From: Leucoraja ocellata
Lineage: Eukaryota
NCBI GenBank assembly: GCA_036785375.1
Contig: JAWMAR010000079.1
Location: 744,001-808,000, forward strand
Reading direction: 5' to 3'
Length of the DNA stretch: 64,000 nucleotides
In this document: positions 49,001-61,000 of the stretch, piece by piece
Numbering within the stretch: position 1 is the stretch's first letter
How the letters are laid out: each line of letters begins with the position of its first letter
Notes under the pieces: model-generated
Databases searched by the model: none
What the model was told of the DNA's origin: nothing
Seen by the model: the letters and a program-made list of their open reading frames with translations, nothing else
Translations under genes and position numbers: made by a program

Positions 49001-52000
49001 TTGTTATTAAAGACAATGGTTCTTGCTTTTCCAGTGTCCAGAAAACTGGCAGAATGTAGGCATTCTACAGGCATTTAGCATTTAGGCATTTAGCCACACA
49101 TCAAAAAACAATGATTTTGACCATGACGTTTGCATTAATCACACCAGGGAATTAACATTTCAAAATAATTTAAATATTTGATTACTTTATCAGTGTTAGT
49201 TAGCAAAGCAAAGGACTGTGTGGCTGGACAAATTCTGAATTATAGATAAACCTATAGTTTGTAAAGGGATTTTGGCAGTGTGAAGTTTCATTAATGAATG
49301 ATATTTGAACCGGGTCGAGGTGAGTGATTGATTAAAGTATTCCGACACCTCACTTGTACCAAGAACAAGTCTGAGTTTACAGTAACTTGATGCTGCAGTA
49401 AACTGACCTCAGAAATCAGTCTCCTCAATCAGACCATTCATTCAATTACTTTGTTAAATATATTTAGTGATATTATTTCTTAATTATTTCCAGTTCTTGT
49501 AAGAGCTTTGAGTGTTTTGTCACCTGTGCTGTCTCCCTGCTGTCAAAACTTTTCATACCTTTTCATACCTGCTCCTGTGATCACATTCCACCCTCTTTCA
49601 ATGATCTCTTTAACTAACATGATACCTGTTCTTCTCCAATTCTGATCTCTCAATTGTCCCCGATTCTAAATGCTCCACCATTAGTGCCCATGACATGCCA
49701 CCTGGGCCCTGGACTTTGTAATTCCTTTCCCCAAAACGTCCCGGTCTCTACCTCCATCAGCTTCTCCAAGCCTTCTTCCATAAAGCTGTTTGGTCATCTC
49801 TCCAAGTGTCTCTTTAATTGGCTTGCATCAATTTTGTTCGATAATTTCTCCTGTGCTACATTTTTGCTACTTGGGCAGGGAAGCAAGTTCAGGCCTACAC
49901 TCTAGTTCTATGCTGACGGGGCTGCTCTACAGTTGTGGCTGGTATGTGTCCTCAGCTGCTCGCCACCCCTCCAGATATTTAGTTCCTCTAAACACAAGAG
50001 TAGCTTAGTAACTTAGCTTCGAGTAACAGAGTAACACTATTGCACCCATTTTCTTGTGTTTCCTAAAACTAGTTCTCAAACTTTACCTGTAACACAGCAA
50101 CACATCCTTAGCACTGACCATCTGAAAGTTCTGTGCTTCCACACCTGTTAACATTCAAAAACTGTCTTCGGATGTTGCCAAGACTCGAGGGCCTGAGCTA
50201 TAGGGAGAGATTGGGCAAGCTAGGACTTCAAATCATAAGAAGAATTGATAGGGTGAATGCAGTCTCTAACCCAGAGTAGAGCATCAAAACCAGAGCACAT
50301 AGGTTTAAGGTGTGAGTGCAAAGATTTAATGGAAACCTCAGGGGCAACATTTTCACTCTGAGGGTGGTGAGCATATGGAATGAACTGCTAGGCAATGTAG
50401 TTGATGCAGGTACAATAACAACATTTAAAAGGCACATGGATAAAAGACTGGTACATGGATAGGAAATGTTTAGAGGGATATGGAACAAATGTGGACAAAT
50501 GGGACTAGCTTAGATGGAGCATCTTGGTCAACAAAGACAAGCTGGATAGAAGCGCAGGTCTCTCTGCTGCATGACTCTGTGACTGATTTCTACAGCTAAT
50601 TCTAAATCCAGTGTATTTCCATTTGTTAAATCCTTCTATGCTTTTATTGCCAGGAATCAGACAATATAAATTTCTTCAAAAAACTGGATTCTCTTACAAA
50701 GGACATTCCTCTAATATCCTTGAGGTCAAAGGTGAAGATATTATTATCCAATGCCGATGACTTATCACAAATGAAGTGGTCTGTGCAACAGGTAATATTT
50801 TACATTTGACCATTTTTTATTGCTTTTTATTGTCCCCAGTAGCAGGAACCATCTGTTTAGGAACTGGATTTCCATTCCTTATTCCTGACTGAAATGCCTT
50901 GCTATCTGGCACATTGTGGCTTTGGAGAAGACTGGATTTGCTTGTAATGTAGATTGTGACTGACTCTCACTCTATGGGTTTATTCATGAAAAACAATGGT
51001 TTATGGAAAAGGTGCGCGTATTAGCTGCAGGGAAAAATGTTTAAAGCTAGGTATACTTGGAAACAAACTACATGTTGCTGTGTTACATCTGATTCTTAAT
51101 CTCTTATCACAGGCTCAGATGCTCTTTGGGAAAGTTTTGGAAGCAAATGGCTACAATATTACTGAAGATATCTTAAGGTAAGTGCGTTGGTTAGTTTTGA
51201 GGGAGAGAACTTTACTCGGGTACAGAGCTGGTTGAATATGATGTCTACAATGTCTGGATCTAGAGATGGTGCTATTCATAAGAGGGTTGTGCAGAATATC
51301 TAATCATGACATCCATATGTCCAATCTTTCCACTGCTGGGATTCTTAGTTTTTTCTCCCCCTGTCATGATCATATTGAATGGCGGTGCAGGCTCGAAGGG
51401 CCAAATGGCCTACTCCTGCACCTATTTTCTATGTTTCTATCTACAACTCTATACAATTTCTTGTGATCTTAGGCAGAGTTGTTCCCAATGATGCAACCCC
51501 AAATGTATGTTTTCTATGGTGCATCTGTAGAAGTCTGCAAGTCATCGGTGACATGATGAATGTCATCAGTCTCTGCAGGAAGTAGAGGTGTTGATGTGCC
51601 TTCTTGGCTGTCGCATCAATGTGGTTGGTTGACGACACATTGTTGGTAATATTCACGCCAAGAAACTTGAAAATCTCAACCGTTTCCACTTCATCAACAT
51701 TCATGCTGATGGTGTTTGTACTTCACCACGCTTCTTCGGTGTAGATTCAAGTAGCTAAATAATTTGGAAAGAGTCAAGAGAGAGTCAAGAGTCAAGAGTC
51801 AATTTAATTGTCATTTGGACCCCTGGAGGTCCAAACGAAATGCCGTTTCTGCAGCCATACATTACACACAAATAGACCCCAGACACAACATAATTACATT
51901 TAACATAAACATCCATCACATCGCTGTGATGGAAGGCCAAATAAACTTATCTCTCCACTGCACTCTCTCCCCCCCGATGTCAGAGTCAAAGTCAAAGCCC

Positions 52001-55000
52001 CCGGCTGGCGATGGCGATTGTCCCGCGGCCATTAAAGCCACGCGGGTGGTGCGAGGTCGCACACCGGGTCTTGATGTTGGAGCCCCCGGTGTGCGCTCGC
52101 AGAGTCCGCAGAAACGGCTAATGTTAGTGGATTGTTGTAAAAACCCATAAGGTTCACTGTTGTCGTTCAGGGAGGGAAATCTGCTGTCCATACCCACTCC
52201 GGCCTGTACATGACTCCATGGATATGGTTGATCCTGAACTGTCTATTCAGTTCAGGAATTAGACAATAAGCAGGCACACTGGCACATGTTGCCAGTTTTG
52301 TGCAAAAACTGTTTAATTATGTGGAATTTGTGATTTTATTTTTGGCAAATTTAACACTTCATTCATTCCTTAGCTCCCTTGGTTTTGTGGCACAAGGTGT
52401 AGACTGTGCAACCCTGAAACAACTTTCCAAGCCCAATAGATTCCTGAAGCTGCTGCAATTCTTCCGAGACCTGCCGATTGAATTGCCAGTGTCTCTGGTA
52501 AGTTTATGAGAGCACCAGGCACTGCAGCAGGTACAGTCCATGCTGCAACTTTACCCTGCACACGGTCAATCTTACACTAGTCACACTGTTGTTTTATCCC
52601 AACAGTTCCAGAATCCTGCAATATTAAATATGTATTGATATCAGCGGCTGAGGATACAAACAAACAAACTAAGAGCAGAAATTGACCACTTAGTCTCTCT
52701 GTCCTGCACTATTGTTTAACAAAGGTAGACAAAAATGCTGGAGAAACTCAGCGGGTGAGGCAGCATCTATGGAGCGAAGGAATAGGTGACGTTTCAGGTC
52801 AAGACCCTTCTTCAGACTGATGTGGAGGTGGGTAGGGGGGGGGGGGGAGAAAGGAAAAGGCAGATACAGTGGGCTATGGGAGAGCTGGGAATAGGAGGGG
52901 AAGAAGGGAGAAAGCAAGGTCTATCTGAAATTGGAGGTCAATGTCCATACCGTTGTGGTGGAAACTACCCAAGCGAAATATGAGGTGCTGCTCCTCCAAT
53001 TTGCAGGGTTACAGTCTACTCCACTATTTAACAAGATCATGGCTGATCTTCTTGAGTAAAAACAAAACAACTGGAGGAAGTCATTGAGTCAGGCAGCATC
53101 TGCAAAAGGAAATGGACAGACATTGCTAGTGTCCCATGGTCAATCTGATTGTTGTTTTCCACCCACCTGCAGGACATCCGTCTATCCATTTCACTGCTCA
53201 CTTTGCTTGATTCTCAGTTTCTCAGTGCCTGCTACCACATCTTTAACAATAGCTTTTAACAGTTTCCTACGGACTGATATTACACTGACTGGGAAATTTG
53301 AAAATTAACACCAATGAAGTGACTAACTCACCAACGGCTTCTTTTCTGATCCAAGGATGAAGTGCGTCTGGACTGTGGGACATGTCCAGTACAAACCCGT
53401 GCTTCCCTGGTATCTGTAATCATCCTGAATTTATCACTCCCTTCCAATCCCTAATTTATAGCTGTGTTACTTTACTGCTCTCAAACCTTTGTCATTCATT
53501 TGTGTATTTTGATATGTTCCTTCCAATATTCTGACCTGCCACCTGCCTGTGTGTAATTAAATAGGTTGGTGTTGTAGTTGGCTGCTGTAAATTTCCCCTT
53601 GTGCTGGTAGCTAGTGGGAGAGTCATCGGGATGTCAGTGGGCATGAGAAAGGATGTGTGGGAAAAGGATTGATGCAATTGTTCTGAATGCTGTCGTAGAT
53701 TGGATGGGCCAAATAGCCTTTTCTACACTGTCAGAACATGTTTAATATACTGTTTATTTGTTCCATATAACTTTAATTTTTCTAGTTGCCACAGACAGTG
53801 GCCCTCCCCGGAATATATTTTTCCCCCAATGGAATTTATCTATTCTGTGTATTCCCTTAAATATCAGTCACTGCATTTCAATTGACCAATCTATTAATCT
53901 AATCTGCCAATTCACTTTAGCTACGTTTGTTTTCATACTCTCTTACTTGCCCTTTCAAAGTTATTTTAAATAAACTCAAAATACTATTCGTACAGCCATT
54001 CTACTCTTTCCCCAAACTGAATATAAATGTCAATTATATTATCATCTTGGAACCTTTACTTTGAGGCAATTAATTGAGTCCAATGAGACAGAGAATTCCA
54101 AAGTTATACAGTCCTCTATAAATACATTTCTCTTCATCTCAGTCCATAAACTACTGAGGTGGTGCCCCAATTCCAGTCTCTGTTCTGGGGAAACATCCAA
54201 GCCTTTTGCACCTGAATGATATGAATCTTCACTGTACCACACTGAATCTAGGTTAATCTTCCTCCAATGCTCTGTAAAATAGATCTCTAAACCATTTAAG
54301 TATTCTCATGCAATGGCCCACATGACCTCCATCCATACCATCGCATTCAATTGGTTAAACCAAAAATGTGGCTCCCTCTTTAATTAAACTCAAAAGTGTA
54401 GCCGTTCTTATTAAAACTCTTTAAAAGAAATGTCCAAACATTTGAAGTAACATGCTCTTATTTACACAGAGAACTTGTCTGTTGGAAGTACTGAACAGCT
54501 TTATCCTCACTGTGGAGACTGTGCAGAGTATGCAACCTCAACTGTTGCTTGACCTCCAGTAAGTAGTCCATCATAGTTACTCCTGGAGATGGTTGGGAAT
54601 ACTGTGTTTGTTGAGGCAACAAACAGCAGCTCAGTCGGCATTTGTGGAGAGAGAGAGAGAGTGAGAGGCAATGTTTGGGTTTTTTTCCCCCCAGTTTCCT
54701 CAGTTGCTGCCAAGTCTCTCGGATGTTTCCAGTATATCCTGGAACTATCTCCTCATATTCCTTTATGACACTTCCTCTGGGGAAAGACTAATAACAATAG
54801 TATTAGGCAGGAGTTGGGAGAAAAGATCAGGAGCAGGTAAATCCACATCAGATGTGGGCAAAATGTGTTGAAAGGAACTCGGCAGGTCAGGCAGCATCTG
54901 TGGAGGGAATGGACAGGACCCTTCTTCAGCCCAAAATCAAAACAACGCCTCTTTGTTCTCAAGGGTATGTATCATAGTTAGGAAATCATGTTACAGCTGC

Positions 55001-58000
55001 ATAAAAGTTTGGTCCGGCCACATTTGGAGTATTGTGTCACCACATTTGCAGTCGTGGCCACCACATTCAGGAAGGATGTGGAGGCATGTAAGAGGGTGCA
55101 GAAGATGTTTACCTGGGAAGAATGCTGCCTGGATTACAGAGAACATAGAACAGTACAGCATAAGAACAATAAGATGAGTCTGAAGAAGGGTCTCGACCCA
55201 AAACGTCACCCATTGCTCTCCAGAGATGCTGCCTGTCCTGCTGAGTTACTCCAGCAATTTGTGCCTATCAGCATAAGAACAGGCCCTTTGGTCTACCATG
55301 TCTATGCAAAATGTAACGCCAAGCCCAACTCTTATCTGCCTGCACAAAATCCATATCCTTCCATTCCCTGCATATTCATATGCCTATCCAAAAGGCTCTT
55401 AAAAGCCACTATCATATCTGCCTCCACCACCAACCCTGGCTGCATGTTCCAGCCAATCACCACTCTCTGTGTGAAAAAACGTGCCCCTTGCATTTCCTTT
55501 AAACATTGCTCGTTTCACCTTAAAGCTCTGCCCTCTAGTATTTGATTTTCCTATCTTGGGAAAAAGGTTCTGACTGTCTACCTTATCTATGCCTCTCATC
55601 ATTTTATATACTTCTATCAGGTCCCGCAGGCAGATGTGCAGTTTAGATTGGCACCATGGTTAGCAGAGACAAGTCTGTTCATGTGCTGTTCTGTTCTATG
55701 TTCTATATTTTCTGACAGTAGAGGCCATTCACCATATTAAATCAATGCCAGGTCTCAAATGATCCTGTTCCCCCGCAAACAATTCCCCCTCACATGCACA
55801 TTCACTCTTTCCTGTTTCTCCTACCGCCCATCCACGCCAGAAATTATATCCAATTAACTTGCATCTTTGGGATGTGAGAAGAAACCCATATAGTCACAGG
55901 GAGAACGTGCAAACATCACATAGGCAGCACCAAAGATCAGGATTGAACCTGAGACACAGGAGCTGTGAATCAATGGCCCTAATAACTGCAGCACCATGCC
56001 ACTAATCCACCTTTCCTTACCCCTGCAAATCCTGTGATTATCTTGGAGATATCTATCAGTCATCCCTTAACCTTTTTCCATTCTGGAAAAAAATATCTGA
56101 CTACTTAATCTCTCACTTATTTTTTTGCAGACTATTGAAAATTAGAAGATTTCCCATTAACATAACACAGCAGTTGCTGCAAGTAATTGTGAAAAACCCG
56201 ATTCCATTCTTAAAACTCCCAAGTTCGAAGCAAAGTCTGATGGTTGACTGGATTGTACAAGTACTGGTAAGATTCTGGTTGCCTCTATGTAATTTCACAG
56301 TGCAGGAAACAAGCTGTTTGTCTCGTTTCTCTACACTGAATTTTTAATAGCAGAGCAATCTTTTAATTTTTAAAAAGCAACACCACTATTTATTTAGTAC
56401 CTTAAAGGGTTGTTTAACATCTTCCCAACTTCAGTACTTCCCACCGGTCTGATAAACATATTAAGTAGGGAATATAGTTGCCAATTTGCTCACCACAAGC
56501 TTCTGTACACTTAACCAAAATGCTACCTGGAGGGGAATAGCAATAAGGCGAAGATTAACAAATTTGGATCATTTTCTCTATAAAATTATCTGGGAGGTTC
56601 AGGGGAAACCTAACAGAAGTGTATAAAATTATGAGAGGCATAGATAGGATTGACAGTCAGAACCTTTTTCCCAGGATGGAAATATCAAATAAATATCTAG
56701 AGGGCATAGCTTTAAGGTGAGGGGAGAAGGTTTAAAGGAGATGTGTAGGGTAAGTTTATTTTACACAGGATGGAAGCAGACACAATGGTGGCATTTAAGA
56801 GGCTTTTAGAAAGGCACATGGATATGCAGGGATATGGAGAGATATGGATCATGTGCAGGCAGAGATTAAACATAGAAACAGAAAATAGGTGCAGGAGTTG
56901 GCCATTCGGCCCTTCGAGCCAGCACCACCATTCTATATGATCAAGGCTGATCATCCATAATCATTACCCCATTCCTGCTTTCTTCCATATCCCTTGATTC
57001 CATTACACCTAAGAGCTATATTGAAACTTTCTTGAATACATCCAGTGAATTGGCCTCTGCTTCCTCCTGCGGCAGAGAATTCACAATTCACAATTCTCTG
57101 GTTGAAAAAGTTTTTCCTTATCTCAGATTAGTTTAGTTTAGCAACATGTTTGCCTCAGGCATTGTGTGCTGAGAGGTCTGACACTGTTACTGTACTATTC
57201 TATGTTCAATATGTTCTATATTTACAAGCAATGTTAAACTAGTTTAGTGTTCATGGGATAAATTGCCGTTGGAGTACTCGCCTGCATTTCCTCAGAACAA
57301 TCCCATGGGATTTTGTACCAGAGCTTGGTTTCATTACTCATTGGGAAGTTGGTAGCCCCCCGACAGCAAAGCAATCTCCCAACACTGCACCAGAAGTCTC
57401 TGGATTAGAGTGAACTCATAACCTACTGGGTCGGAGGTGAGCATCCTACCCTCTGAACCACAGTTTAACAACTAGTAGTGACACATCATAAATATGAAGG
57501 GAAATATTATTTCTGATGGTATAAGTAGACAATTACTAGATTGTTGTTTGATTTGTAATCCCGTCAAAAATAAGGTAATATTTTTAATATTCATCTGGTA
57601 AATCTCTGATAGAATCATCTGAAGACTTTATCTGGGATAGAAAATCTGTCACTGAGAGGGTGGCTTCAATTTGGAAAATACTGACTGAGAGGGTGATGGG
57701 GGCAGGTTACACTCACAGCTTTTAGTAAGTGTCTGGATGAGCAGGGAAATTGGCATGGAAGAGAAGGCTACAGACTAAGTGGGTAAATGGGATATTCTGA
57801 GATGAGTTCTTGATGGTCAACAGGGACAGGTTGGGCCAAATGGCCTGATTCTGTGCTCTGGGACTCTATGCCTCTATGACAATAGTATTCTGAATTCAGC
57901 TCAGACTTCCCAAGGAAGTTTGATGTGCATCAAAGGAGGAATATTGAGGTATAATGACAATGAGCAATAAATAATGTTTCAGCTTGCTGGCTGGAACATC

Positions 58001-61000
58001 CTTCGGGCTTTCTGAAAAATTGATTAGGATTTTAAAACGGAATAAAACCACAGATATTTCACAGTGATGGGCTGTAAGTAGATTAAGATGAATAAACTTT
58101 CTCATACATTAATCATTGCATTAAACTACAGCCAGTTTTACCCGGTGCAGATTATTTCCCAATACTCACCTTTTTCAGAATTTATACGGCGGAAGATTTA
58201 CCAAAGCAGAGTTTGATCTACTGGGATTTTCAATAGCTTTTATTGCTGATGAAATATTCATAGCGATCCCTAGGACAGAGATAAAGAGAAACCTGGTGAA
58301 GATGAAAAATTATTGTTTTGATGGACAGAAGAAGTTGCTGCTGGGAGACATGTTAACTAAAGACACCATGTTTGGGTAGGTAACAACGTCCTCAAAGTTG
58401 CCTGTTTCACTGAGATAGGATTAATCTGTAATATGGAATGTAATTTACCAGATTAAATGCAGGCTGCAGCAGTGACAAATCTATTCTGAGTTAGGGAAGA
58501 GATGATTGCAAAATTATTCTTGTCAATCATTCCTGGAGCCTGTACATCCTGAAGGACCCTTCCCACCCTGGACACAACCTGTTCCACCTGCTGCCCTCTG
58601 GCAGACGGTACAGGTCTTTCAAAACTCGCACAAACAGACTCAGAGACAGCTTCTACCCCATAGCCATACGTGAACTTAACAATGCAAAATATGTAATAAC
58701 ACTCACATTCAACTGAATGGTTCTACCTCAGCTGCTATTGTTATTTATCTGTAATTTTTTTAAATATGTATATATTTTTACCTTTTCTTATATATTTAAA
58801 ATTGCTCTTGTGAATCGCACCGTGGGATTGACTTTTAAATTTCGTTGTACCATGTGCAATGACAATAAAGAGATTCATTCATTCATTCATTCATTCATTC
58901 ATATAACTGAAGTTGATTTTACACAAATATATTAGTTTTATATTAATCGAAAAAGTGCTGGAGGAACTCAGCAGGTCATGGCAGCATCTCTAGAGGACAT
59001 GGGTGGGTTTAAAGAAGGATCTCAACCTGACAAGTTGCCTGTCCATGTCCTCCAGAGACGCTGCCAGACCTGCTGAGTTACTCCAGTACTTTGTATTTTT
59101 TGCTAAAGAAAAGCACAAAATGCTGGCCGAGAACTGCAGCATTTGCAGCATCACGCACATGATGAACGAAGACCAGATCTTCAGACAAAATGGAGCTTAA
59201 GGGTAAAGGGGTAATTTGTGGCAGAATACACAGATACATTTTTCAGTTTAGTTTATTGTCATATCTACCGAGGTTCAGTAAAAAGCTTTTTTGTTGTGTG
59301 CTATCCAGTCAATGGAAAGACCATACGTTGTTACAATCAAGCCGTCCACAGTGTACAGATACAGGATAGAGGTAATAACATTTAGTGCAAGATAAAGTTA
59401 AGTAAAGTCTGATTAAACGATAGTCCAAGAGTCTCCAATGGTGTAGAAGGTAGCTCAGGACCGCTCTTTAGTTGGTGATTGAATAGTTCAGTTGCTTGAT
59501 GACAGCTGGGAAAGAAAGACCCAGTTAGTTCCGCTGTAATATCCAGCTCATCCCTCACCTTGTGGCATTCCTAAAAAAACCTCATGTTAGAGAAATCAAT
59601 TGTGGCAATAGTAGATAGCGAGTTGGGGCTAGAGAGTTTGAGACATAATAATAAGTATTTTACCTACATAAAATAAATAATGTTTTTTTATTAGGAATAA
59701 GTTTATTTTTGTTACCACGAGCCAAAAATACTAAAGACATTTTGTTACCTTGCTTAATAGAGTATCATTGTGCAAATGGCAATAGATTCCATTACTTGAC
59801 AATTTCACCTGTGATTAAAGTAGTGGTTGTGCTCTTAAGAGTCAATGATATCTGATTACTGTGGGGAGGCTACATGGAAACAAGTGTTTTCCTCCTGTAC
59901 TGTTTACATCCAAGGCAGGTTTTTTCTGTGTGTCAATTTTCAAGGTAACTTTTAAATGGTTCTCTAATTGCTGATTAAAACCATGTTATAGTGGAATAGG
60001 CATGGGTATTGTAACTAGTGATCCCTAGTTTATTGGTCATATTATATCCAATTTAGTTTAGTTTATGGTTGTCACGTGTACAGAGGTACAATGAAAAGCT
60101 TTTGTTCGCAAGTTATCCAGTCAATGAAACGACTATATATGATTACAATCAAGACGTCCACAGTGCTCAGATAAAGAGTACAACATTTAGTGCAAAATAA
60201 AGTCCAATAAAGCTAGATTAAAGATAATCTAATGGTCTCCATTGATGTAGATGTGAGATCAGGATCACTCTGTAGCTGAGGAGAGGACTGTTCAGTTGCC
60301 TGATACCAAACAGTCCATGAACCTGAAGGTGTGCGTTTTCAAACATCTGTCCCTCTTTCCTGATGGGTGAAGGTAGAAGAGGGAGTGAACAGGGTGAGAC
60401 TTGATCCTTGATTATGCTGGTGGTCTTGCCGAGGCAGTGTGAAACTTGTATTACAGCAGAATTACTTGTATGAACCAGTCATTTTAAATTCATGCATTCT
60501 ATTCCTACTTTAAGCGAATACATTATTTTGATATTAGTTATCATGAAATATTAAAACATATTACAGTGTGTGCAGTGGAGTTGATTGGGCCTTTGACCTT
60601 TCCTGGTAGTGCAGGTCAGTAGAAAGCCAGGAGGGGTGGCTGTAGTGTGATGTTTACATAAACCTTTTGCATAATAAATATATTTTATAATGAAAGAACA
60701 CATGGTGACATTTTAATACATTAATAATAAACAGCAACATGTCTATGAGTTATACAGTGTATAATGAAGCTGTGCTTATTCTACCATTAGTAGAGTACAA
60801 GCGAACTCAAACAATCCCATGGTACATTCTGTTTGAACTCTTCCTATACAAAAGTAAAGATAAATGGTTTAACACCGTAACCATAGCAGGGATGGAAATT
60901 TTATTCATTACTTTTACAATTGTTACAGAGTGTGGTTTCCATCCTGTGATCATCAGACAGTAGTTTAAGAAGAAACTGCGTTGCAGAAATCATGGGGAAT

